Positions 47,144-57,464 of a stretch of DNA of 64,000 nt are shown here, in pieces. Numbering within the stretch: the stretch's first letter is position 1; every line of letters begins with the position of its first letter. Both the position numbers and the translations under genes were made by a program. The DNA comes from an uncultured Nitrospiraceae bacterium. Its GTDB lineage: Bacteria; Nitrospirota; Thermodesulfovibrionia; Thermodesulfovibrionales; Dissulfurispiraceae. Location: positions 608,001 to 672,000 of the forward strand of contig CAVSHF010000005.1 of assembly GCA_963727805.1 (NCBI GenBank). The letters run 5' to 3'. The notes below the pieces were generated by a model. It made no database searches, was not told where the DNA came from, and saw only the letters and a program-made list of their open reading frames with translations.

Positions 47144-48487
47144 TCAGCGCTTAGCGAGCGGTATATATGTTTTCTTCCCTTTTAATGATGTAACATAGGA
47201 CGGCCTGATAATCCTGCCCTGAATGAGTTCCTCAATCCTGTGGGCGGACCAACCCGCCACCCTCGCCATGGCAAATATCGGAGTAAAAAGATTTTTCGGT
47301 ATGCCCATGCACCGGTAGACAAAGCCTGAGTAAAAATCTACATTAGTACAGACGATTTTGCCTTTCTTGGCCCTAACAAGTTGCGGTGCTATCGTCGCAA
47401 TCTTCTTATAGAGCGAAAACTCTTCATCTCGCTTGGCGGCTTTTGCAAGTTCCCCTGCTTTTGCCTCAAGATAGACGGCACGCGGGTCTGATACGGTATA
47501 CACCGCATGCCCCAGGCCATAAAGCTTTCCGGACCTGTCTCCCGCCTTTTTATCAAGTATCATATCAAGGTATGCAGTCACTTCTTCGTCGTTTTCCCAA
47601 TTCTTGACTTTCCTTTTGATATCACTCATCATCCCGATTACAGCCTCGTTAGCACCTCCGTGCAAGTGACCCGAAAGCGATCCAATCCCTGCGCAGATTG
47701 CCATATATGAATTCGCTCCCGAAGAGGACACACACCGGGTTGAGAACGTTGAATTATTTCCGCCGCCATGCTCGGCGTGAAATATCAACATAGTGTCGAA
47801 AAGTTCCGCTGTTGCCCTGTCCGGAGCTTCACCGAAAAGCAGGTAGAGAAAGTTTTCGGCCACACTCATGTTCGGGTCTGGCTCTTTCAACTTATTGATG
47901 TCCTTTTTTTCCATCTTCGCCGTTAGGTAGTTGTACGCGATTATAGTCGGGAACTTCGCGATAAGGTCGAGGCATTGGCGTGTTACATCGTGCATATCGG
48001 TAGAATTTGGATTTTTATCAAATAGATGCATGGCCGACACAATCGTATGCAGGGACCCCATCTGGTCGTCGTGCCGGGGCCTATTGAGCATCATGTGCGT
48101 CACTTCGATAGGAAGTGCACGCCTTTTGGCGAGAAGTTGGGAAAAGGGCTTCAGGTCCTGCTTTGATGGGAGCGTACCCGTCAGGAGCAGGTAGACAGTC
48201 TCTTCAAAGCCAAATCTTTTCTCTTTTTCCTTTTCCCCTACCAGGTCGGCGACGTCATAACCGCAATAGAAGAGTTTGCCCGGTATGGGATTGACCCTTT
48301 CCGTGCCATCGCCATGAGCGACCTTCTCATAGCCAATAACTTGTCCTTTGCTCGTAATGCCTACAAATACGCCCGTGCCATCCTCATTCCTGAGGCCCAG
48401 CTTGATGTTCTTCTCCTCGATGATCCGCGGATCGACTTTATCATGAAGCAAAGAGAGTTCTTGAACCTTTTTAAGTACCCCATCCAT
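47144..48487 (-). CDS. gltA: Citrate synthase
   Basis: HAEHGGGNNST, HGGAN, GLGHAVY..DPRA, NVDFYSG; start uncertain. Confidence 0.9.
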   Translation of the reverse strand: MDGVLKKVQELSLLHDKVDPRIIEEKNIKLGLRNEDGTGVFVGITSKGQVIGYEKVAHGDGTERVNPIPGKLFYCGYDVADLVGEKEKEKRFGFEETVYLLLTGTLPSKQDLKPFSQLLAKRRALPIEVTHMMLNRPRHDDQMGSLHTIVSAMHLFDKNPNSTDMHDVTRQCLDLIAKFPTIIAYNYLTAKMEKKDINKLKEPDPNMSVAENFLYLLFGEAPDRATAELFDTMLIFHAEHGGGNNSTFSTRCVSSSGANSYMAICAGIGSLSGHLHGGANEAVIGMMSDIKRKVKNWENDEEVTAYLDMILDKKAGDRSGKLYGLGHAVYTVSDPRAVYLEAKAGELAKAAKRDEEFSLYKKIATIAPQLVRAKKGKIVCTNVDFYSGFVYRCMGIPKNLFTPIFAMARVAGWSAHRIEELIQGRIIRPSYVTSLKGKKTYIPLAKR

Positions 48488-48725
48488 ATACCATGTCCCC
48501 TTTGACAGATTCTTTACTATATCTATTAAAATATTTTTTTGCATAACAATGCAACTTAATCTCGTCACTAAGCAATAAATCACTTTCATCAGGGATCTTT
48601 ATTGACCCTCTATTTGGATTTGCAGACTAAATCGTTTCCCCCCCGAGTTGCCAATAGAATCTGGATGCTGTAAAATTCAAGCAAGTGCAGATGGGGCCTT
48701 CAATCAATGCAATGCGAGGTGAAAG

Positions 48726-50030
48726 ATGACTAATACACTGATAGAACACGGGTTGCCGTTGATCCAAGACGCAGAACTGAACGGGAAAATTGTCCTTGTC
48801 CGTTTCGACCATAATGTGGTCAAGAAAGGCGAAATCAGAGACCCCTTCAGGATCGACAGGACCATCGGGACGCTATTTCACATAGTAGAGCGGGGCGGAA
48901 GACCTATAATGATGAGCCACGTGGGCAGACCCAAGGAAAAGAAGACCGGCGTCATTGTGTGCAGGCCCGAAGAATCAGTGGAACCGATTGTACAATACCT
49001 GGAGCAAAAGCTCCATACCAAAATACATGTCCCGCGATTTCCTGTCGACAGTGATAAGGGGATAACCGGGATCGATACCTCGATCAACCTTGCCATCAGG
49101 GAACTCCGGGAGAGGAGGCTCGGCGGCATCTATCTTCCGAATTCGCGATGGTTCCAAGGCGAAGAGTCGAAAGAAGAGGTGGCCGAAAACCTTGCCCTGC
49201 AGCTTGCTGGATTGGCGGATATTTATATCAACGATGCCTTTGGATCATGGCAGCCCCATGCATCGACTTATAACATTACCCGTTATCTTCCTTCCTATGC
49301 GGGGTTCCTGATGCAGCAGGAGATCCAGAACCTGGACAGGGTGCTTGCCCCTGATAGACCTTTCCTTGCGGTCGTCGCAGGCTCTAAATACGATACAAAA
49401 ATCAGGCCTCTTTACTCGATATATGAAAAAGTGGATCATCTTATTCTCGGAGGAGTTATCTATAACACCTATCTTTGTGCAAAATACAATATAAGCATAA
49501 AGGGTGTTCTTGATGAAGATATCAAACTGGCAAAGGAGTTGGTCGAGAAGGATCGGACTCAGAAAAAGATTGTCGAACTCCCCTCTATTGTTGAGTCGGA
49601 TACCCTGGAGGGAAGATTAGAAGGCAGCTACCGGACAATATCCGTAAAGGACTTCACACCGGGAAGCACTTACGGCTATATCCTCGATATCGATCCCTCA
49701 TCCTTTGAAGACGGTGCAGTTGCAGCTGCTATCGCCGCTGCAAAAACGATCTTTGTCAACGCGGTCATGGGGTTCACACCCCATTTCACAGCGGGCTCGC
49801 AGGCCCTCGACAACACCATAGATAGAAACAGCACCGCCATGAAGATGTATGGGGGGGGTGACACACTACAGGAGTTCAAGGACCTTTGCCCCGGGCTCTA
49901 TCTGTCGGTGATGGACAATACGAATTACTACTTCTTCACCGGCGGCGGGACTGTTCTGACCGCCATTGAGCAAGGCAGCCCTTATGGATTAAAGCCTGTT
50001 GAGGCACTAATAGCAGCAGCGAAAAAATAG
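48726..50030 (+). CDS. pgk: Phosphoglycerate kinase (divergent type)
   Basis: VRFDHNV, MSHVGRP, INDAFG, GGGDT, FTGGG. Confidence 0.85.
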   Translation: MTNTLIEHGLPLIQDAELNGKIVLVRFDHNVVKKGEIRDPFRIDRTIGTLFHIVERGGRPIMMSHVGRPKEKKTGVIVCRPEESVEPIVQYLEQKLHTKIHVPRFPVDSDKGITGIDTSINLAIRELRERRLGGIYLPNSRWFQGEESKEEVAENLALQLAGLADIYINDAFGSWQPHASTYNITRYLPSYAGFLMQQEIQNLDRVLAPDRPFLAVVAGSKYDTKIRPLYSIYEKVDHLILGGVIYNTYLCAKYNISIKGVLDEDIKLAKELVEKDRTQKKIVELPSIVESDTLEGRLEGSYRTISVKDFTPGSTYGYILDIDPSSFEDGAVAAAIAAAKTIFVNAVMGFTPHFTAGSQALDNTIDRNSTAMKMYGGGDTLQEFKDLCPGLYLSVMDNTNYYFFTGGGTVLTAIEQGSPYGLKPVEALIAAAKK

Positions 50031-50785
50031 GGCTTCGTGGTCTTCGAATGCCTTTCTCTGTCCCAGTGATCACCTCGACAATTGAGCCTACCGTTGTCTC
50101 GTGAAGTACTCACCACTTAACATCAGGGAACGGTTGCAGAGGAGCTTCACGATTCGCAGACTCCAGCGCACTGCCCGTTTGCCCACAGAGCGTCTTACCA
50201 TAGTCTCCTACCTGGGCAACCCCGAGCAGGAGAGGGACAGCTATTCATGGATGTGCGCTTTGATTCGGGCAGTCCCTGCCATATTTGAGACTCCTTTCTG
50301 AGTCATATGGGTTTCTACTTGTTTGCCACAACAGTTCCGTTCAGCAATGCCCTGATTCTTTTGTTCTTGATAACTAGTGAGGCATTGTAGTCGTCCTTGC
50401 CTCAGTCAATATAAAAGATCTCTCTTACGAGTTCGACATCCGCAGAGCTAGCAAGTTTGCCGGCTAGCCCGCTACCAACAGCGTCTGCGACGCCAGCAAG
50501 GCTTCTTTTTCATTGAACGATAGCTTCATCATTCGGGACACGAAAGAGATATGAATCCATCACACTCATGACGGACAAAACCGTTATCGCTTGCATCAAA
50601 AGACTGTATGGAGATCATTTCACCTCCCAGAGGATTTTCACGTGACTTCTCGCTCGTATGACTCCCCATACTGCTATTACTATCCTAACTTTTAGTCCCT
50701 AATATCTACACTATTATTTTAATTATCGGTCATTCGGCAGATATCATGGATACGGATTTGGCTTCTGGCAATAGCGGGGCGTAAA

Positions 50786-50980
50786 TTAGTGAATAATCTC
50801 TTTTACCCGGCCCACTGCTCCGCTTTCGAGACGCACTTTGATGCCGTGTTGATGTGAAGGTGATTTGGTCAGGATATCTTTTACAATTCCTTCTGTCGAT
50901 TTCCCAGTCCGCTGGTCATTCTTCAATACAATCGAGACATGTAATCCCGGCTTGATATCGGCACGTCTCGTCCCATTCAT
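50786..50980 (-). CDS. YwbE/DUF2196-family protein
   Basis: DQRTGK..EGIVKDILTKS..H.HGIKVRLESG.VGRV. Confidence 0.85.
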   Translation of the reverse strand: MNGTRRADIKPGLHVSIVLKNDQRTGKSTEGIVKDILTKSPSHQHGIKVRLESGAVGRVKEIIH

Positions 50981-51063
50981 AATTTGCTTTCCTTTTAGTC
51001 TATATAAAATTGTGAACACATTACAAAACTCTTGCAGAACCCGCAGATTGATTATTTCAGATA

Positions 51064-51606
51064 TTATTTCTTGTCTTTTTTGTACATATACCAGGCGGCA
51101 GCCCCGGCCAGTGTGGCAGCCCCCGTACCGAGGCCGATTGTCCATATTTTCTTCCTGTTCTTGATTCTTTTTTCGATAATCTTCGCGTATCGGTCTGCTA
51201 TTATTTCACAGTACTTGAAGTCCTTCTCGGTGAATCCAAAGATGTTCGTGAAGAGTTCGATTCTTTCGTCTATCAGCGATTTGAGCAGCGTCCAGTATCG
51301 CACCTTGTCAAAAGAAGCTTTTCGCTCCCTTATTCTTTTCTCTTCATCTATCGTCTTGATAAACCTTTCCAGCAAGGCCCTGTCAGCTCCCTTGTATATC
51401 GGCAAGTTCGGGTCGCCAATCCTTCGAACAACCGGCCACTGGGATTGTTCCTCGAGTTTAAAGATTTCAGGCCAGAACCTTCTGCCAGCCCGCCTGAGGA
51501 TTACAGATTTTTTCACGGAAAAATAAAAAATTCGAAGCTCTGATACTGTGAACTCGGTGTCCTTGAAGATTGCTAAAAATCCTTTAAATGTAACCATGCT
51601 CCCCAT
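51064..51606 (-). CDS. Hypothetical protein with C-terminal membrane anchor
   Basis: 180-aa ORF, GAGG RBS, C-terminal GLGTGAATLAGAAAWY. Confidence 0.65.
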   Translation of the reverse strand: MGSMVTFKGFLAIFKDTEFTVSELRIFYFSVKKSVILRRAGRRFWPEIFKLEEQSQWPVVRRIGDPNLPIYKGADRALLERFIKTIDEEKRIRERKASFDKVRYWTLLKSLIDERIELFTNIFGFTEKDFKYCEIIADRYAKIIEKRIKNRKKIWTIGLGTGAATLAGAAAWYMYKKDKK

Positions 51607-51723
51607 CCTCGTATATTCTATTTATATTGTAACACGTTCGGGAAACATCGCAGAAAAAAAGAATCCGCTGTCAGCAATGAGCAGCGCGGAAGCTCTGCCA
51701 ATTCTCTATGTTAAAATAGACTC

Positions 51724-53541
51724 ATGAATCGTAACTCAAGCACTCAAGACCCGCTTTACGATACCCTGAAGGCCGTCTTCGGATTTCAGATTTTCCGCCC
51801 GAACCAGAAATCCATTATCAGGAATATTATTGACGGCAGTGACGTCTTTGCCGTGATGCCTACCGGTGGAGGGAAATCCCTCTGCTACCAGTTACCCTCA
51901 GTAATCATGAGTGGCACGGCGGTTGTCATCAGTCCCCTCATTGCTCTCATGAAAGACCAGGTGGATGCCGCGCTCGAAAATGGGATATCCGCTGCCTTCA
52001 TCAACAGCTCAATGAATGCCGATGAAGTTTCCAATGCATATCGCCTTTTGAAAAGCAACAAGATCAAGCTTCTCTATATCGCCCCCGAGCGATTTGCTAT
52101 GCCGCATTTCCTCGATCAACTGAAGACCGTTTCAATCTCCTTCTTTGCCATAGATGAAGCCCATTGCGTCTCTGAATGGGGACATGATTTCCGGCCGGAC
52201 TATCTCGGGCTTTCGCTCATCCCAAAGATGTTCCCTGACGTGCCTGTTGCCGCCTTTACTGCAACGGCAACCCAAAAGGTCCAGGAGGATATCATCAGCA
52301 AGATCGGGTTAAGAAAGCCGCATATCGTGCGTGCGTCTTTTAACCGTCCGAATCTCTTCTATGAAGTGAAGTCAAAGTACAAGGTAGAATCACAAATACT
52401 CGAATTTCTGAAGGACCATCCGGGCGAATCAGGCATCATCTACCGGACGACCCGTGTTTCTGTGATGGAGACGGCTGCTTTCCTAACATCAAAGGAGATG
52501 GTAGCACTCCCGTATCATGCAGGCTTGTCCTCCGAAGAGCGGAGCAAAAACCAAGAGGCATTTAACAGTGACGAGGCGCAGATTATCGTAGCAACGATCG
52601 CCTTTGGCATGGGGATAGATAAATCGAATGTGCGCTTCGTTATTCACGCCGACCTTCCCAGGAATATCGAAAGCTATTACCAGGAAACAGGACGTGCAGG
52701 AAGGGACGGGGAGGCGGCCCGGTGCCTTCTCTTCTTCGGAAGAGGAGACATCCCAAAGATCCGGTATTTCATAAATGAGATCGCAGATGAAAGTGAACGT
52801 TTTATTGCGATACAGAAACTGAATCAGACCGTCGGATATGCATCGCATAATGTTTGCCGGAGAAAACAGATCCTTGGCTTTTTTGGCGAGGACTATTCCC
52901 TCGATGATTGCTGTGCCTGCGACATCTGCGTCGGATCGGTTGAACAAATCGATATTACTACAGATGCACAAATTATCATGTCGGCCGTATCAAGGACTGG
53001 CCAACGGTTTGGGGTGGGCCACATTGTCGATATCGTAACCGGCGCATATACGAAGCGCATCCGTGAGCTCGGGCACGACACAATCAAGACCTATGGTGCG
53101 GGCAACAGCCGGGATAAAAAATATTGGCGGTCTTTTGTTGATGAACTCATTGCACAGGAGGCCCTTGTACAGGAAGTCGATCCTTACCCTGTGCTAAAAA
53201 TTACAAGTAAGGGCTCCGGTATTCTTTTTGGCAAAGGAAGAATATCATCTTTGAGGAAAGAGAACGCAAAGGGGGAAAGTGTTAGAGGAACGTCCAGCCA
53301 ATCGGGGGGATATGACGAGGCGCTTTTCGGCAAACTTCGCACCCTGAGAAAAAAGATAGCGGAAGCCCAACATGTTCCTCCCTATATCGTTTTTTCTGAC
53401 AAGACACTCCATGAGATGTGCAGGCTTTTTCCATCAACATTGTCTGACCTGAGAAAGATAAGCGGGGTTGGCGATGCTAAACTTGAACGATACGGGGAGG
53501 ATTTCATCATGGAGATACGAAGTTACATTGATATGAGATAA
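51724..53541 (+). CDS. recQ: DNA helicase RecQ
   Basis: PTGGGKSLCYQ, DEAHCVSEWGHDFRP, YYQETGRAGRDG, RQC and HRDC domains. Confidence 0.96.
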   Translation: MNRNSSTQDPLYDTLKAVFGFQIFRPNQKSIIRNIIDGSDVFAVMPTGGGKSLCYQLPSVIMSGTAVVISPLIALMKDQVDAALENGISAAFINSSMNADEVSNAYRLLKSNKIKLLYIAPERFAMPHFLDQLKTVSISFFAIDEAHCVSEWGHDFRPDYLGLSLIPKMFPDVPVAAFTATATQKVQEDIISKIGLRKPHIVRASFNRPNLFYEVKSKYKVESQILEFLKDHPGESGIIYRTTRVSVMETAAFLTSKEMVALPYHAGLSSEERSKNQEAFNSDEAQIIVATIAFGMGIDKSNVRFVIHADLPRNIESYYQETGRAGRDGEAARCLLFFGRGDIPKIRYFINEIADESERFIAIQKLNQTVGYASHNVCRRKQILGFFGEDYSLDDCCACDICVGSVEQIDITTDAQIIMSAVSRTGQRFGVGHIVDIVTGAYTKRIRELGHDTIKTYGAGNSRDKKYWRSFVDELIAQEALVQEVDPYPVLKITSKGSGILFGKGRISSLRKENAKGESVRGTSSQSGGYDEALFGKLRTLRKKIAEAQHVPPYIVFSDKTLHEMCRLFPSTLSDLRKISGVGDAKLERYGEDFIMEIRSYIDMR

Positions 53542-53705
53542 GCTGAACAAGTGGTTCCAAAAGCTTGAGTATTTTTATCAAAATGCATGAGGAAGTTGGT
53601 CCACGTCAATTTTTTCGACCGGGAAGTTATCTTTACCCTATCTCGCGACCTCGACAGATCGTCTCTGCACTGTCTTTAAAAACCTGAGAGTCTCTCTGTG
53701 CCGAT

Positions 53706-54338
53706 TCAGATATTCCTTGACGGGCATATATCGAAGAGAACGCATTTCTCATGCAATGGCTTCTTTGCCGGGCATATCTTTCTTCCATGGAAAATGAGAA
53801 GATGGGTGATGTTGCCCCACTCTTTTTTCGGCACTATTTCCATTAAGTCCTTTTCGATCTTCGCTGGTTCTCCGTACTTCGTGAGCCCAAGCCTTTGGGC
53901 GAGACGCATTACATGGGTATCGACAGCGATCCCTTCAGTGATTCCGAAAGCGTTGTAAAGGACAATGTTCGCGGTCTTCCTGGCCACTCCCGGCAGGCTG
54001 GTGAGGTCATCCATTGTCCTTGGGACCTCTCCGTTGTATTGTCCGATGATGAGCTTGGCCGCATTCTGAATATTCCTTGCCTTATTCCGGTAGAAATTGA
54101 CTGAACTGACGTCCCTTTCGAGCACCGCGGGATCGGCATTCGAGAAGTCCTTTACGCTTTTATACTTTCTGAAGAGCGGCTCGGTTACCTTGTTGACCTG
54201 AATATCTGTTGTCTGTGCTGAGAGGATGGTTGCCGCGAGCAACTCAAATGGGCTCTTAAAATTCAGGGCCGGCTTGAGCACAAGATATTCCTTTTTCAGC
54301 CGATTGATAATCTCTGTCATTAATTCTTTTCTATTCAT
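53706..54338 (-). CDS. nth: Endonuclease III
   Basis: LSAQTTD, LPGVARKTAN, VDTH, C-terminal Cys cluster. Confidence 0.93.
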   Translation of the reverse strand: MNRKELMTEIINRLKKEYLVLKPALNFKSPFELLAATILSAQTTDIQVNKVTEPLFRKYKSVKDFSNADPAVLERDVSSVNFYRNKARNIQNAAKLIIGQYNGEVPRTMDDLTSLPGVARKTANIVLYNAFGITEGIAVDTHVMRLAQRLGLTKYGEPAKIEKDLMEIVPKKEWGNITHLLIFHGRKICPAKKPLHEKCVLFDICPSRNI

Positions 54339-54556
54339 TATCACCTCGAAGATACCGTTAACGCTCTTGCTCTTACACAATCAATTCACACGTAGGTTAG
54401 AAGATTGTCACTGCGTTATTCTTCGGGATCACCTTCCTGAATATGCTGGCTGATTTATGAATATCAGTCAAGCCCCTCCCGAAGAGAACTCTCTGCAAGT
54501 CTTCATAGCCTTGATTCAATTTTATCAATAAATTAAGGAATCAAACATATCCATTT

Positions 54557-56062
54557 TTAAAGGTCGAGAAGTCTTTTATTTATCTCGATAGCAACAGCTG
54601 CCCCTTCACCAGCTGCGATGACAACTTGATCATGTCCGGTCAGCGGGCCAATAATAAAAAGTCCCTTCATTGACGATTCGTAATGATGGTCCGTTATATA
54701 TTTAAATCCCGGAGCATCGTGTTTCAGATCGAGATCTGAAAGAAACTCGGAGTTGAGCTTAAATCCGAAATTCGACATGATCACCTCGCATTCGATGCGC
54801 CTGCCATCCGGGAATTCGAGCGCCTCCATTTTTTTATTACCGATGATCTTCGAAGGGGTACCTTTGATCAATACTATTCCCTCGTCCGTCAAGGCATCGA
54901 TATACGACTCTGGCGGCTCATAAAAAAAGAGGACGAGCGTTACATGCTTTGTGTACATCTGCTTCATGGCAAAGGCGAGCCGCACCGCATGAATATTATT
55001 ACCCAGAATGACAAGCTTTTTGCCCGTTGTATGGTAACCATCGCAATCGACACAGGTAAAAAAACTTATTCCGAAATAATTGTACACATTTTCGATCTCG
55101 GGGATATTTTCTCGGCCACCAGACGACACGATTACAAACCGTGCGCGATAGAGCCTACTTCCGACATTGACCTCAAATTCGGCTTGCTTGATGACTTTCG
55201 TAACCGTTTCCCTGATGATACGTACATTGAAATGCCTCGCCTGTTCCATGCCGCGGGATATGATTTCCTTTCCCGAGATCATCTTCCAGGTGAGAAAATT
55301 CTCGATATGTTTCGCATGCGAAGTCCTACCGCCCCCCCGGTCTATAAGCAGGACATCTCTGTTGTACCTGCCGAGGTAGATGGCGGCCTGCAGCCCGCCG
55401 GGACCTGCGCCAATGATAATGCAATCGTAGACATGCTCGTCAGTCTTCTCGCTCAGCGTAGTGTCAGAGATAAAGTCTTCGAGTTCCGTCTTGAAAGACG
55501 AGACACCGCGAAAATGAATTACGTTAAGGCCTCCTGCCTGCGCCCTTTTTATGTTGTTGTCGCTATCGTCGATAAAGAGTGTCTCTCCGGGTTCGACACC
55601 AAGTGCGCTACAGATGTCTTTATAAACTGATGGATCTCTTTTGCTTTTGTGAATCGCATACGAATTAAAGATATGATCGAAATGATGATAAAACGGCATT
55701 CGGAAATTAATCTCTTCGAGCCAGTTCGTCTGGTCGCTCAAAATCGCGACCACAAAACCCCTCGCCTTAAGTTCGTCGACCACTTGCAGCATGTCAGGCC
55801 TAATGACGAACCGTTCAAGTATTATTTCTCTCAGCTCCTTGTCGCTGCCTTTGATGTCGGTCAAATCTCTCAATTCGTTCCACCAGGTCCACTCATCGGA
55901 CATGCCAACTACATATCCGCCGGGTTTATGAATCAGCTCCACGGCAGTCGCAAAAAAGTTCTCGGGGTCGTTGCCGTTTTGGACTGCAATATCCCTGAGC
56001 CCATGCCAGAAGCCCTCCTCTGCAATCACACCACCAAAATCAAATATTACCGCCTTTATCAT
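54557..56062 (-). CDS. HAD phosphatase fused to a thioredoxin-reductase-like flavoprotein
   Basis: FDFGGV / ILSD / K.DP / FIDD HAD motifs, then IIGAGPGG, CVDCDG, AAGEG. Confidence 0.8.
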   Translation of the reverse strand: MIKAVIFDFGGVIAEEGFWHGLRDIAVQNGNDPENFFATAVELIHKPGGYVVGMSDEWTWWNELRDLTDIKGSDKELREIILERFVIRPDMLQVVDELKARGFVVAILSDQTNWLEEINFRMPFYHHFDHIFNSYAIHKSKRDPSVYKDICSALGVEPGETLFIDDSDNNIKRAQAGGLNVIHFRGVSSFKTELEDFISDTTLSEKTDEHVYDCIIIGAGPGGLQAAIYLGRYNRDVLLIDRGGGRTSHAKHIENFLTWKMISGKEIISRGMEQARHFNVRIIRETVTKVIKQAEFEVNVGSRLYRARFVIVSSGGRENIPEIENVYNYFGISFFTCVDCDGYHTTGKKLVILGNNIHAVRLAFAMKQMYTKHVTLVLFFYEPPESYIDALTDEGIVLIKGTPSKIIGNKKMEALEFPDGRRIECEVIMSNFGFKLNSEFLSDLDLKHDAPGFKYITDHHYESSMKGLFIIGPLTGHDQVVIAAGEGAAVAIEINKRLLDL

Positions 56063-56242
56063 TCGTCTGAGTTCCCTCCAATTTGCAAGATGAAATTATC
56101 TACAGTATACCAAAGCTTAGTTTGAGGAAGAAGCAGAGGAGTTGTGTATGGGGCTCAGCCACTCAATTTTTATCTCACTCACCCTTTACAACCCTTTATT
56201 CTTGACATTCAGCACAATCTTGCTAAGCTAATAAACAAATAT

Positions 56243-56368
56243 ATGGCACAAGAAGACTTCGTTAAAAAGATAAGTCAAAAGATAGGCTTCCTAAAGCCCG
56301 GGTGGTGGATCGTCCACTTAGCGGGGATAACCCTTGTTTACGCCCTCGGACATCTTCTCTGGAGGTAA
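56243..56368 (+). CDS. Membrane micropeptide A (KPGWW..H..LGH), 41 aa
   Basis: MAQEDFVKKISQKIGFLKPGWWIVHLAGITLVYALGHLLWR. Confidence 0.7.
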   Translation: MAQEDFVKKISQKIGFLKPGWWIVHLAGITLVYALGHLLWR

Positions 56369-56369
56369 T

Positions 56370-56474
56370 ATGATACAGTTTTTCCTGAGATACAAGCCCG
56401 GATGGTGGATACTCCATGTTTTCGCCATCGCGTTAACATTTTACCTTGGCCACATGGCGAAGTACTCTTTCTAA
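56370..56474 (+). CDS. Membrane micropeptide B (KPGWW..H..LGH), 34 aa, not in the ORF track
   Basis: GGAGG RBS; MIQFFLRYKPGWWILHVFAIALTFYLGHMAKYSF; paralogous to peptide A. Confidence 0.72.
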   Translation: MIQFFLRYKPGWWILHVFAIALTFYLGHMAKYSF

Positions 56475-56478
56475 TGCC

Positions 56479-56886
56479 GTGAAGAAGACATCTCTTCTGT
56501 CGGCGCTTTTCCTGTTGGCCCTAGCAGGCCTGCTGTTACATGCGAGGATTCATTTTTTCATGGTTCCGGACAAGATGAACCCCGGCAGTTTAATCTTCGA
56601 GCCGACACGTTTTCTTTCCTTTATCTTTCCACTCATCGATGTGATCATTGTGACGCTGCTCTTCTTCTCTCGCAAAACGGCGGCTTATGGCTACCTCTTA
56701 AACGGACTGATCGTCATATACGGAACCGTGTTCATGGCGCATTACAGCCTGGCGGAAATGGCGGTCAAATCCATACCTCTGAGCCAGATGATTCTTAAAT
56801 CTACCTTGCCGGATATCGGTATTGCCTGGGCTGACTTCTTTGTCGGCAAAGCACTGTATGACTATTACCTTAAAGGCGGATCTTGA
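56479..56886 (+). CDS. Multi-TM membrane protein with His residues
   Basis: Probable GTG start at 56479; LLLHARIH, FMAHYS, STLPDI. Confidence 0.7.
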   Translation: MKKTSLLSALFLLALAGLLLHARIHFFMVPDKMNPGSLIFEPTRFLSFIFPLIDVIIVTLLFFSRKTAAYGYLLNGLIVIYGTVFMAHYSLAEMAVKSIPLSQMILKSTLPDIGIAWADFFVGKALYDYYLKGGS

Positions 56887-56945
56887 CAGGTGCCGGGGAA
56901 CCCCAGTCCCTACTTTGAACATAATTATTCATGAAGGAGACAAAC

Positions 56946-57464
56946 ATGAAAAAGATTCTGATTTTTACCTTAATGATGCTTTTTGTTTTTACTTTCGTCC
57001 ATTCATCTCTCGCGATCCATGAAACGATCCCTGCCGAAACGCAGATTTTGGAACCAGGACCCAATGGCGTGAAACTTTATGAATACATTGTGAAATTGAA
57101 ACCCTATACCGACTGGCAACTCTTCCCCGGCAAGGGCAGGATTTATCCGGGCACGCAACCTCATGGTTCTTTCCTCACAACGTATGTGAATGATGTGGCG
57201 TACTATTCCCTTAAAGATAAAAAGGGCATGTCCGATGGTTCCATTATCGCAAAAGAGAATTATACCGCGGATAAGAAACTTAATTCGCTTACCGTAATGT
57301 ACAAGATCATCGGGTACAACCCGACAGCAGGCGACTGGTTCTGGGCCAAGTATGGGCCTGGGGGAAATGTCATAGCTTCAGGAAAGGTCGAAGCCTGTAT
57401 TACTTGCCACGAATCAAAGAAAGAGAACGATTATATATACAGCGGAGTAGTGAAGAATTACTAA
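56946..57464 (+). CDS. Cytochrome P460-family c-type cytochrome
   Basis: Signal peptide, IAKENY, LTVMYK, GDWFWAKY, C-terminal CITCH. Confidence 0.82.
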   Translation: MKKILIFTLMMLFVFTFVHSSLAIHETIPAETQILEPGPNGVKLYEYIVKLKPYTDWQLFPGKGRIYPGTQPHGSFLTTYVNDVAYYSLKDKKGMSDGSIIAKENYTADKKLNSLTVMYKIIGYNPTAGDWFWAKYGPGGNVIASGKVEACITCHESKKENDYIYSGVVKNY

